From positions 5,525 to 69,524 of the forward strand of contig JABHOG010000007.1 of the NCBI GenBank assembly GCA_018694835.1: 64,000 nt of DNA. The letters are read 5' to 3'. This document shows, in pieces, positions 9,660-18,940 of the stretch (position 1 is the first letter of the stretch; each line of letters opens with the position of its first letter). The stretch comes from Planctomycetota bacterium (GTDB lineage Bacteria > Planctomycetota > UBA8108 > UBA1146). The notes below the pieces were generated by a model. It was given only the letters and a program-made list of their open reading frames with translations, did not search any database and was not told where the DNA came from. The position numbers and the translations under genes are program-made.

Positions 9660-9671
9660 CTCAAGGTCGCT

Positions 9672-11348
9672 TCAGGAGTTCCGCGCTGCGGATCCCGGCT
9701 CGATGCTCCGATTCAGGTCATCCAGTTGCCAACCGGACAGCGAACGAGCGATGGGAACTCGTCGGCCCAACCCGAATGCCCGCGGTGAGACCCGCAAGAT
9801 GGGAGCGGATTGGCGGCGCTTGTGCTCACTCGATTCGATCAGACCGATCACTCTGCGAACCATCTCGGCGTCGTGACCTTGCTGCTGAATCTGTCCCCCC
9901 GACTGACGTCCCTCGACCCACGCTTCGAGCACTTCATCGAGTTGCTGGTAGGGAGGAAGGGTGTCCTCATCTCGTTGATGGGGGGCCAGTTCAGCGGATG
10001 GAGCCTTGTCGATCGTCTCCTGCGGTACCCTTCCTCGGAAACGTTCCAGTTGGGCTATCGCATACACTTCGCGCTTTCTAACATCTCCCAGAGGGGCCAG
10101 CCCTCCACACATATCTCCATAGAGAGTGCAATATCCCACCGAAAGTTCCGACTTGTTTCCGGTCGCCAGCACCATCGCACCCTGGCGGTTGGCCACGGTC
10201 ATCAACACCGTGCCGCGGATCCTCGCCTGCAAGTTCTCCTGCGCCACTCCCCACTCTCCCTCACCGAGCAATGGCTCCATGACCGAGCGCAGGGCCCGAT
10301 AAGAGGAATTGACGGAAATCTCTTCCAACTGGATGCCGAGTTTTTGCGCCAGATCCTGCGAGTCCTCGAGACTTCCTCTGGAGGAGTACGGTCCGGGCAT
10401 CGTGATTCCCATCACCTGATCTGCGCCCAACGCTTCGACCGCCAGCAATGCGGTGACCGCCGAATCGATTCCACCGGAGAGTCCCAGCACCGCCCGATCG
10501 ATATGACACTTGTGGAAGTAGTCGCGGATGCCCAGCACCAACGCACTGGCGATCTCCTCCACCGGATCGAGATCGACCTCAACGGAAGGCTTCTGCCCGA
10601 CCACACCGACCTGTTCCTCAAACGAGGAGAACTGCTCGAAGGATCGATCGGGGTGAGCCATCATACTGGAGCCGTCAAAGATCAGTTCTGTATTTCCGCC
10701 GACCAGGTTTGCCAGGACGATCGGAACTCCATAGCGAGCCGCCTGGTCTCGAAACAGTTCCCTGCGGACCCCGCTCTTTCCTCGACGGTAGGGGCTGGCA
10801 GAAGGGCACAGGATGATCTCTGCTCCGGCATCGATCAATTCTTGCCCTGGGTCGCGGCGGTAACTGATCTGCCCCGGTACATCACCGGTCCAGAGGTCCT
10901 CACAGATGGCGATGCCGACAGCATGACCAGCGATCGAATGGACCTGTACCGGGCCCCCCGGCTCGAAGGTACGAGACTCGTCAAAAACATCATAGGTGGG
11001 AAGCAAGACCTTGTCGGAATGCGCCACCACTGCACCATTCTCGATGATGGCTGTACTGTTATGAACCGGCCGGGCAGCACCCTCATCACTGCGGCGCAGC
11101 GTCCCCACGACCACCGGAGGTTGCCCCTTCAACCGCTTCGCCAGGGAGTCGGTGGCGCGTTCGACCGCAGCCACGAAATCTTCTCTGGTGACCAGATCGA
11201 GCGGCGGATAGCCACAGATCGCCAGTTCCGGAAAGAGCACCAACTGCGCCCCGTCCGCGGAGGCACTCTCCACGGCAGTGACGATCCGGTCGCAGTTGCC
11301 GACCAGATCTCCCACGGTAGTGTTGATCTGTCCGATGGCGATGCGCAC
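9672..11348 (-). CDS. nadE: glutamine-dependent NAD+ synthetase
   Basis: Nitrilase-like domain (FPELAICGY, KVLLPTYDVFDE, ICEDLW) plus synthetase domain (GLSGGIDS, ENLQARIRG, TGNKSE, YCTLYGD, PSAEL). Confidence 0.96.
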   Translation of the reverse strand: MRIAIGQINTTVGDLVGNCDRIVTAVESASADGAQLVLFPELAICGYPPLDLVTREDFVAAVERATDSLAKRLKGQPPVVVGTLRRSDEGAARPVHNSTAIIENGAVVAHSDKVLLPTYDVFDESRTFEPGGPVQVHSIAGHAVGIAICEDLWTGDVPGQISYRRDPGQELIDAGAEIILCPSASPYRRGKSGVRRELFRDQAARYGVPIVLANLVGGNTELIFDGSSMMAHPDRSFEQFSSFEEQVGVVGQKPSVEVDLDPVEEIASALVLGIRDYFHKCHIDRAVLGLSGGIDSAVTALLAVEALGADQVMGITMPGPYSSRGSLEDSQDLAQKLGIQLEEISVNSSYRALRSVMEPLLGEGEWGVAQENLQARIRGTVLMTVANRQGAMVLATGNKSELSVGYCTLYGDMCGGLAPLGDVRKREVYAIAQLERFRGRVPQETIDKAPSAELAPHQRDEDTLPPYQQLDEVLEAWVEGRQSGGQIQQQGHDAEMVRRVIGLIESSEHKRRQSAPILRVSPRAFGLGRRVPIARSLSGWQLDDLNRSIEPGSAARNS

Positions 11349-11355
11349 GACCCGT

Positions 11356-12129
11356 TTATCCCATCATCCGAAAACCACCGTCGACGTAGATGACTTCCCC
11401 GGTGATTCCGCTGGCCAGCGGAGAGAGAAGGAAGGTCGCGGCATTTCCCACCTCTTCGGTGGTCACTCCTCGACCGAGTGCGGCTCTCTTCTCTACCTCA
11501 TCGAAGATCTCGGAGAACCCACTGATTCCCCGGGCTGCAAGAGTCTGGATCGGTCCGGCGCTGATGGCGTTGACCCGGATGTCTCGTTCTCCGAGATCCA
11601 TCGCCAGATATCTCATGCTCGCCTCGAGACTCGCCTTGGCCACTCCCATGACGTTGTATCCGCGCATCGCCCGCTGCGCCCCGAGATAACTGAGGGTGAT
11701 CATCGAGGACCCCGGTCCCATCCGGCTGGCGGCCTCTCGAGCCAGTCGAGTGAAGGACCATGCACTGATATCATGAGCCTTCAGCCAACCTTCACGGCTG
11801 GTGTCGATGTAGGAGCCCTCCAGATCCTCCTTGTCGGCGAATCCAATCGAGTGAACGAGGAAGTCGAGCCCGCCCCACTTCTCATCGACAGCAGCGAAGA
11901 GGGACTCGATCTGGGAGTCATCGCTGACATCACAGGGCAGTAGCAGTTCCGCATCGACGGTCTCTACCAGGGGCCGCACGCGGCGCTCGAGCCGATCTCC
12001 CTGGTAGGTAAAACCGAGCCGAGCCCCACCCTGATGAAGCACCTGGGCGATGCCCCAGGCGATGCTGCGATCGTTTGCGACGCCCAGGATCAATCCCCTA
12101 CGCCCTGAGACACAATCGGCAAAGGCCAT
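11356..12129 (-). CDS. fabI: enoyl-[acyl-carrier-protein] reductase (NADH)
   Basis: Motifs GVANDRSIAWGIA, VHSIGFA, YNVMGVAKASLE and VNAISAGPIQTLAA. Start set at ATG 12129. Confidence 0.96.
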   Translation of the reverse strand: MAFADCVSGRRGLILGVANDRSIAWGIAQVLHQGGARLGFTYQGDRLERRVRPLVETVDAELLLPCDVSDDSQIESLFAAVDEKWGGLDFLVHSIGFADKEDLEGSYIDTSREGWLKAHDISAWSFTRLAREAASRMGPGSSMITLSYLGAQRAMRGYNVMGVAKASLEASMRYLAMDLGERDIRVNAISAGPIQTLAARGISGFSEIFDEVEKRAALGRGVTTEEVGNAATFLLSPLASGITGEVIYVDGGFRMMG

Positions 12130-12211
12130 CGGGCCCCCTTTCTGGATCACCCTGATCCTACCCCTTGGAGCCATCTGAGGGGAGCGATCCGCTCCATCTC
12201 GGGTCCGATGG

Positions 12212-12253
12212 AAAACTGCCCCCAGCGACTTCCAAAGAAGTCGCTGGGGGCAG
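12212..12253 (-). terminator. intrinsic terminator after the 12301-14262 gene
   Basis: Perfect 17-bp stem CTGCCCCCAGCGACTTC/GAAGTCGCTGGGGGCAG with a 4-nt loop, followed by TTTT on the minus strand. Confidence 0.8.
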
Positions 12254-12300
12254 CAAAACAACCAGTTCTAGCCGCAGAACGCACCGGCTCTCACACCGAT

Positions 12301-14262
12301 CTACAGTTGAGACCCTTGTGCAGCCGGTTCCTTCTTCTCCTGCGAAGAATCCGCGGCTTCGGAAACCTGCTCCGAGAAGGTGTACATGCGCAATCCCCCC
12401 TCGACGATGGAAGTGCGTGATGCTTGCCATCCGAAGTACTTCCGGAACAGTTCAGATTCAGGAATATTCTCCGGATCAAACAGAAACAGCATATTTTCGT
12501 CGGAAGCAAGATCGGGAGCGATCAGTGGAAGAAGTCCCAGCAGCGGACGAAGAAGGTCTGCGGCCTGGCTCAAGTTCTCGCCGACATTGGACATGCTGAT
12601 ACCATTACCCTGAGTCGCCATCACCTTGGCAAAAGCGGCCGCAGTTCTTTTATCGGAACCAAAGGGAGCTCCTCCCTCCCCATCGATGAGGCGCAGCGCC
12701 GCCTGGACCTCCTCGGCCGCAGTGGAAAAGATCAACCAGTCTCCTTCGACACACCAGCTGGGCAGCACCGACGGGCCTTCACCGGCAAACTCGGGTGGCA
12801 CATCTCCAAGAGGATCAAAGCTCCACAGGTCGCGACCCATGAACTCATCCTTCTGCAGAGCGGCTCCCATCATCTCGGGTCGCCCGAGCGAGCCCATCAA
12901 CTTGTCAATGGCTCCGCGATTCGCAAGTTTCAATCCGAGCACGACGGGGAAACTGGGAGCTCCCCCCCCCATCATCATCGCCATCGGATCGATGGCGGGC
13001 TCCCCCGTTTTCCGCGGAGGTGTGAAGAAACAGAGGGTTCCTTCGATGGAGTCGATCAATTCCATCACATCGACGCCAGTGGTCATCTTGGCCATCTGGA
13101 GGCCAGCCTCCATCTCCGCGGCAATCTCTTCAGGATCGCTACCATCGAGCATGGCAGCGATGGAGATGCCGATGTCAAAGATGTTTGAAAGGTCATACTT
13201 CATCAGGGAGAGGCCTATTGTGCCTTCCGGGACAAATGCTGGAATGGTGATATCGGAGTTGGCTTGCGGAATCAGACCGGTGATTCCCGGACGCCCTTCC
13301 AGTCCCATAACGATATCGTTCCCGACCCCACCCTCCTCGATGTAACTAGAACTGGCAATGCCGCTGATGGCTTCGAGACCGAGGGCTGCGATGATCTTGG
13401 AGGGCTTCATCTCGGGTTCGCTGGGTGAAGGATCCTGCCCAGGTAAAGGAGGCAGATCCCCATCGACCGACGGCTCGCCAAATTCTGACGCCGAACCACC
13501 GATTGCCATGTCCAGCATCGGGGTCAGGTTCCACAAGGCATCCATGTTGACGAATCCGTGAGAGGTTCCTCTCTTCAGATGGGTTTGAGCCAGTTTGTAG
13601 ATCCGGGTCGAGTTGAATCTCTCTCCGACAGCGGTATCTCCCTCGGCGAGGTACTCTTCGAGCCCATTCTTGCTGGTGCCGATCAGATGGTGATCCTCGA
13701 ATTGACCGATATAGAGACCGACACCCGGCATCATCTCGATGCCGGAAAACTCGACATCTCCGATGCTGAACTTTCTCCTCGAAGCAGGCGCGCCTCCCGC
13801 TTCGATCATCGTCTGTATCTTTGTCAGCATTTCCTGGTGGACCACGCCGAACTCCGCCGGGCCGTGGAAGTCGACGATCATGTCGGGCATCGGCATTCCC
13901 ATATCCATCCGATAGCCGACTCCCAGCACGAACTCACCGGTCATCTGTTCTCCCAAGTTGGAAAGATGCTCCCAGATCATGGTGAGGTCATCCATCATCT
14001 CGGGCTGCTCCTCGAGACCACCGCTGACCAGTTCACCAATCCCCGAGATCAATCTCTCGGCGATCGCCTGGACACTCGGCTCATTGAAGAACCTGGCGTA
14101 GTCAGTATCTTGCCCCTGCTCTCGCTCCGCTTGCCAGTCATCGACGGTCCAGACCACCACCGAGTACTTTCCCAGACGATCTCCGTCGGCATCTGCTGGA
14201 GAGGATCCTGCGGTCAGCAAGAGGGACGCAAACAACATTCCATAGATGAACTTGGATACCAT
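12301..14262 (-). CDS. large exported hypothetical protein (acidic, Met/Gly-rich; possibly DUF3352-like)
   Basis: Signal peptide MVSKFIYGMLFASLLLTAGSSPADA, with a GGAG RBS before ATG 14262. Family call is tentative. Confidence 0.7.
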   Translation of the reverse strand: MVSKFIYGMLFASLLLTAGSSPADADGDRLGKYSVVVWTVDDWQAEREQGQDTDYARFFNEPSVQAIAERLISGIGELVSGGLEEQPEMMDDLTMIWEHLSNLGEQMTGEFVLGVGYRMDMGMPMPDMIVDFHGPAEFGVVHQEMLTKIQTMIEAGGAPASRRKFSIGDVEFSGIEMMPGVGLYIGQFEDHHLIGTSKNGLEEYLAEGDTAVGERFNSTRIYKLAQTHLKRGTSHGFVNMDALWNLTPMLDMAIGGSASEFGEPSVDGDLPPLPGQDPSPSEPEMKPSKIIAALGLEAISGIASSSYIEEGGVGNDIVMGLEGRPGITGLIPQANSDITIPAFVPEGTIGLSLMKYDLSNIFDIGISIAAMLDGSDPEEIAAEMEAGLQMAKMTTGVDVMELIDSIEGTLCFFTPPRKTGEPAIDPMAMMMGGGAPSFPVVLGLKLANRGAIDKLMGSLGRPEMMGAALQKDEFMGRDLWSFDPLGDVPPEFAGEGPSVLPSWCVEGDWLIFSTAAEEVQAALRLIDGEGGAPFGSDKRTAAAFAKVMATQGNGISMSNVGENLSQAADLLRPLLGLLPLIAPDLASDENMLFLFDPENIPESELFRKYFGWQASRTSIVEGGLRMYTFSEQVSEAADSSQEKKEPAAQGSQL

Positions 14263-14314
14263 TTCGGTATCTCCTTCCGCGGAGTTTCCCGCATCGGTTA
14301 CCGGAGTTTGCGGG

Positions 14315-15274
14315 TCAATCTCCGGGTTGGTTTTTTCTCGGTGGCGGCAAGTAACGCACACCCGTATTCGGTTGGCTCTCGTCAAAGAGAAACGCTTCCC
14401 TACGATCTATGAAAAACTTGACCTGATCGAGAGGAATTGCGAAATTTAGCCCCTCCGACTGGAGGATTTTCATATTCGTGACCCCGATCACCTCTCCCGC
14501 TTCATTGAAGAGTGCCCCGCCGGAATTGCCGGGATTGATCGGTGTGGTGGTCTGGATGTAGACCTGCCCCTCGAAGGACCGGTAAGGATCGGAAATGATG
14601 CCCTCGCTGACGGTCCTCTCGAATCCCCGAGGTGTGCCGACGGCAAACACCTTCTGGCTACGATCGAAGGATCCGGTCGCGGCGAACTTGACCGGTTTCA
14701 ACTGCAGATTCTTGGCATTCGGGATGCGCAGTAGAGCCAGATCGAGGAATGGATTGAGAGCGACGATCTCGACATCTTCAATCTGCTCCTTACGAGCACC
14801 TCCCTCGGCATCATCGAGATAGAGGGTCAGTTGAAGATCTCGTTCGCCTTCGACCACATGAACATTGGTGATCACCAAACCGTCATCATTGATGATGAAT
14901 CCGCTACCGAGGCCACCTCCGGCCATCACCCGGACCACTGAACCGCGGGCATGATTTTCCGCTTCCTGCAGTGGCAAGGGGATCCCAGGTCCGACCTGAT
15001 AGACACTCTGGGAATCGGAAGATTCGACCACTTCACCCGAATCGGTGAGCGCCCGTCTAGAAATCACCGAATTGAGTGGGATCTGGATGATGGTCGGACC
15101 GATATCGACAAACACCTTTTCTTCATCTTGTTTGATGACGGTACCTGAGAGGTGATTTCCTCCGACCAGTTCGATCCGTTCGCGCTGGACCTTGGAGACG
15201 GGTCCATCCACAGAAGAAGGCGGAGACTGCACCGCAACGAGGGAAGTGAGCAGGACGAGGATCCAGGAAATCAT
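14315..15274 (-). CDS. exported trypsin-like (S1C/HtrA-type) serine protease lacking PDZ domains
   Basis: Triad motifs GSGFII..GLVITNVHVV (His), LDLALLRI (Asp) and INPGNSGGAL (Ser). Signal peptide; AGAGGAG RBS. Confidence 0.9.
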   Translation of the reverse strand: MISWILVLLTSLVAVQSPPSSVDGPVSKVQRERIELVGGNHLSGTVIKQDEEKVFVDIGPTIIQIPLNSVISRRALTDSGEVVESSDSQSVYQVGPGIPLPLQEAENHARGSVVRVMAGGGLGSGFIINDDGLVITNVHVVEGERDLQLTLYLDDAEGGARKEQIEDVEIVALNPFLDLALLRIPNAKNLQLKPVKFAATGSFDRSQKVFAVGTPRGFERTVSEGIISDPYRSFEGQVYIQTTTPINPGNSGGALFNEAGEVIGVTNMKILQSEGLNFAIPLDQVKFFIDRREAFLFDESQPNTGVRYLPPPRKNQPGD

Positions 15275-15431
15275 GTGGTTTCTCCTCTAAATGTAATCCC
15301 TCAGGGGTTCTACTCATCACCGATAGTGACTACCATTCCGTGATCTGACATATTGATCTGCTGCGAGATGTTCTGCAAGGATCTACATGTCAACCCGGGA
15401 GTATTTCTGCACGCCAATCAGGAGGATTATC

Positions 15432-17639
15432 ATGGCCCAAGTTGAACCGATGACCCGATCGTGGCTTCAGATCTGCCTGGCTCTGGCCACCCTCTGGGCA
15501 CTTCCCTCCACTACTCTGGCTGCTGATGGGAGTTTTGGATTTTCCGATCTCCAGGTCTTCCGCCTCTCCTCCGCTGGAGGGCCATGGCACTCCGCAGATC
15601 TCGATGGCGATGGCGACATCGACCTGGTGGTGTGGGACGGCAACAGGGGAGAGTTGATCCAGTTGCTGCGCGATCCACAGGTGACCGGATTTATCCACCG
15701 AGAAGGAGGCAACACCCTCGTCGATCCCGATGGCTGGAGTCGAGCCGCGATTCCCGTTCGCGCCTCGGTCGAGGCGATTGGATCCGGCGATGTCGATGGC
15801 GATGGTCAGCTGGATCTGATCCTTTGCTGTCCCGATGCCAACCGGGTCGAAATTCGCTGGGGATCTGCAGATCCCAATCGGTTCCGATCCGATTTCCGGG
15901 TTCGACTTCGTGAGATTGCACGCGGCGACCGAAGTATCAACATCGAGGAGGGAGAGGAGGGGCAGACGGTGATCCGCATCCTCTCAAAGGAGGGTGTTCA
16001 TGAGATTCGAAATCTGACTCGCTCAGGCGTACCCGAGATCGAGACGATACCAGGAACCGCAATCAATCCGATCTCCTTACATCGCGCAGACATCGATGGG
16101 GATGGAATGACCGACTTGCTGACGGTCAGCAGTGCCGCCGCAGATCGACTGCACCCACTGAGGGTGCGCCCGGGATCTGCCGACGGTTGGAGTTCCGAGA
16201 TCCTACTGGAAGCGGAAGATTCTCGATTACTGGGGCTCGCCACGACCATCGCTGGAAACCTGCTGATGATGTCGGACAAACATCGCCCGGTTCTGCGGGG
16301 TCTTCGCATGGAAAGGGGCAGAGGAAGTCAAATTCTTCCCGCTCCCGAAGTCTTCCCTCTCTCCCCCAAGGGGATCGGAGCCGGCTCTCTGTCAGTCGGA
16401 GACATCGACGGCGATGGCGATGCGGATGTAGTGATCTCCGATGCACAGTCATCGGTGCTGAGACCCTTCTGGAACCGGAATGGGCAACTCACGCCAGGCT
16501 CATCCTCCGCCACGCTCAAGAAACCGAAATCGCTGCTGATCCATCATCAGGAGGTGATCATCACCAGCCCCGAGGAAGGAGGAGCCGGCAAGTCCATCGT
16601 CGACCAGAGCGGTTTTTCCTTCCCGTCACTGCTCGAGGGAGAGCAGATCTCGACACTGATCGCCATCGCCTCTGCCGGAGAACAGTTCCCGCTGGTCAGC
16701 CTCCATCGTGGGGATGAAAAGACTCGCACTTACCAGTTGCTCCAGTGGCCACTGGAGAGCGATGTCTCGACCACTTTCGAGTCCGATCGGGAACCGAGTG
16801 CCCTGCACCTCTTTCCCGGGCCGAACGGCGCTCAGATCACCGTGGTGGAGATTCCATTTGAAACTCCCAGGTTTTTCCGCCTCCAGTCCGATCGATTTGA
16901 TTCGATCCAGATCCCTGCGACCGTCGAATCGGGTGGCAACGTTCAGAGAGGTTCCGCTGACCAGTTGCTGATCGCCCGGGAGGGGCGCTGTCGCATCATC
17001 TCGATCGATGGACTGAAAGCACAGGTAGAGCATCAGATCGATGCTCCCGGAGGGTCCTCCAAGCTGGTAGCTGCAGTACCGATCCGGCTGGTCGATGATC
17101 GTGCCCAACTGGCTCTCATCGACGCCGGTCAAGGATTGATTCATCTGGCTGACGAATCAGCGGTGTATGCTTCGATCGAAGGGCCTTTCCAGAAGGTCAA
17201 GCAAGTGACTGCCGCAGATCTAGATGGAGATGGATTCGACGAGATCCTGATGCTGACCGATCGAGCCCTGCTGGTGGTTCGACCCTCCGATCCGGACTGG
17301 ATCCCCAGCGAAGCCTTCTCTCGCAGGAGTGAGCACGAAAATAGCCGCTCGACTGCAATGGCCAGTGGAGATCTCGATGGTGACGGAGTCGACGATCTGA
17401 TCGTGGTGGATGGGGTCCGAGCGGAACTGGAAATTCTCGCTGGAGGAGACGATCTCTTCAGCAGCGTGCTCCGTTTCCCGGTCTTCGAAAAGAAGCTATT
17501 TCGAGGCGGAGGACGAGGCATCGAGCCGCGCCGCGTGATGATCGAGGATTTCGACGGAGATGGGCTGCAAGATGTAGCCATTCTGGTCCACGACCGCCTG
17601 ATCATCTATCCACAAGACTCGAACGAGGGAGCCGATTGA
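15432..17639 (+). CDS. exported FG-GAP/VCBS repeat (beta-propeller) protein
   Basis: Repeated DxDGDGxxDL motifs (DLDGDGDIDL, DVDGDGQLDL, DIDGDGMTDL, DIDGDGDADV, DLDGDGFDEI, DLDGDGVDDL, DFDGDGLQDV). Signal peptide; GGAGG RBS. Confidence 0.88.
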   Translation: MAQVEPMTRSWLQICLALATLWALPSTTLAADGSFGFSDLQVFRLSSAGGPWHSADLDGDGDIDLVVWDGNRGELIQLLRDPQVTGFIHREGGNTLVDPDGWSRAAIPVRASVEAIGSGDVDGDGQLDLILCCPDANRVEIRWGSADPNRFRSDFRVRLREIARGDRSINIEEGEEGQTVIRILSKEGVHEIRNLTRSGVPEIETIPGTAINPISLHRADIDGDGMTDLLTVSSAAADRLHPLRVRPGSADGWSSEILLEAEDSRLLGLATTIAGNLLMMSDKHRPVLRGLRMERGRGSQILPAPEVFPLSPKGIGAGSLSVGDIDGDGDADVVISDAQSSVLRPFWNRNGQLTPGSSSATLKKPKSLLIHHQEVIITSPEEGGAGKSIVDQSGFSFPSLLEGEQISTLIAIASAGEQFPLVSLHRGDEKTRTYQLLQWPLESDVSTTFESDREPSALHLFPGPNGAQITVVEIPFETPRFFRLQSDRFDSIQIPATVESGGNVQRGSADQLLIAREGRCRIISIDGLKAQVEHQIDAPGGSSKLVAAVPIRLVDDRAQLALIDAGQGLIHLADESAVYASIEGPFQKVKQVTAADLDGDGFDEILMLTDRALLVVRPSDPDWIPSEAFSRRSEHENSRSTAMASGDLDGDGVDDLIVVDGVRAELEILAGGDDLFSSVLRFPVFEKKLFRGGGRGIEPRRVMIEDFDGDGLQDVAILVHDRLIIYPQDSNEGAD

Positions 17640-18940
17640 GGATGGAAGATTCCACTACCCCCCCGACCTGGATGCTCGAGGGAAACCTCGCCGAGGTTGG
17701 CGGGATCACCCGGTCACGACTTCGAATTTGTAATCGAACAGGCACCATCCTCGAACGGGGAGATCTGGACGGTCGACCCGATGTGGTTTGGCCTGAAGGA
17801 GTCATCGTCTGTCCAGGGTTCATCGATATTCATGTCCATTGCCGCGACGATCCCGGTGGATCTCAGAGACACAAGGAGGACTACCGAAGCGCCAGTGAAG
17901 CGGCGATTCATGGCGGGGTCGTACTGCTGGGAGATATGCCCAACAACCCCGATCCACCCTCCGATGCTGAATCCTATCAACGGAAACGACTTCTCGCCGA
18001 TGAGAAATCGCTGGTCGATGTGGTGCTCTACGGCCTGCTCTCCAGGGGCGGAACCCCGTTCCGCAATGACATCCCCTGGAAGTGTTACTTCGGCCCCAGC
18101 GTGGGAGATATCGACTCGTGGGGAGATTCTTCTGTCGCCGAGGTGCTCGAACCCTTCCGTGGCCAACTGGTGATGTTCCATGCCGAGGATCCTGCCATCC
18201 TGCAGCGTCACGCAGATCGCCCAACCCACGAGCAACGAAGACCTCCCGAGGCGGAGGTCGAGGCGATCCGTTCGATCCTGACCGTCTGCAAGGCACTGGA
18301 AATCCACCCACACATCGCACATCTTTCCACTGCAGACGGCCTCACACTGATCGAACAGGCTCGAGAAGAAGGTCAGAGCGTCAGTACCGAGGTCGCCCCT
18401 CACCACCTCTCTTTCGATGAAGAGAATCGTCACCAATTCGACCGCTCGGACTGGCTTCAGATGAATCCACCCCTGCGCAGTCCACGAGATCGCCATGCAC
18501 TTCTGGAGGGGCTCATCTCCGGTTCGATCGACTGCATCGCCACCGATCACGCTCCCCACTCCAGAGAAGAAAATGCCCGCGGAGTCTCGGGAGTTCCGCT
18601 ACTCGACACCTTCGGTGGATTCCTGTGTCAACTGGCCAAAGAGGGAGTCTCCTGGCCAGTGCTCGTCGAGCGAGCGTCAGTGACCCCAGCTCGAATCTTT
18701 TCCAATTTCTTTCCGGGAACGATGGGTGATCTCAAACCGGGATCGGTCGCCTCCCTGTCGATCCTCGATGTTCGGCAACCATGGGAGGTGAAGGGAAGCG
18801 AGATACGTAGCCGCGCCGGCTGGTCTCCCTACGAGGGTCGCCTGTTACCTGGAAAGGTCATCGAAACCGTACTGCGAGGAGTTCGTTGGGATGCGACCAC
18901 GATCGAAATCATCGCTCAGGATCGTGGTTCATGCGATTGA
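17636..18940 (+). CDS. pyrC: dihydroorotase / cyclic amidohydrolase
   Basis: Motifs PGFIDIHVHCRD, DMPNNPDP, FHAED, HIAHLST, TEVAPHHL, MNPPLRS and IATDHAPH. Confidence 0.85.
   Translation: MRMEDSTTPPTWMLEGNLAEVGGITRSRLRICNRTGTILERGDLDGRPDVVWPEGVIVCPGFIDIHVHCRDDPGGSQRHKEDYRSASEAAIHGGVVLLGDMPNNPDPPSDAESYQRKRLLADEKSLVDVVLYGLLSRGGTPFRNDIPWKCYFGPSVGDIDSWGDSSVAEVLEPFRGQLVMFHAEDPAILQRHADRPTHEQRRPPEAEVEAIRSILTVCKALEIHPHIAHLSTADGLTLIEQAREEGQSVSTEVAPHHLSFDEENRHQFDRSDWLQMNPPLRSPRDRHALLEGLISGSIDCIATDHAPHSREENARGVSGVPLLDTFGGFLCQLAKEGVSWPVLVERASVTPARIFSNFFPGTMGDLKPGSVASLSILDVRQPWEVKGSEIRSRAGWSPYEGRLLPGKVIETVLRGVRWDATTIEIIAQDRGSCD

Noticed and set aside
9810-11393. 527-aa plus-strand ORF
   Set aside because: Antisense shadow of nadE with no motifs; expected in GC-rich DNA.
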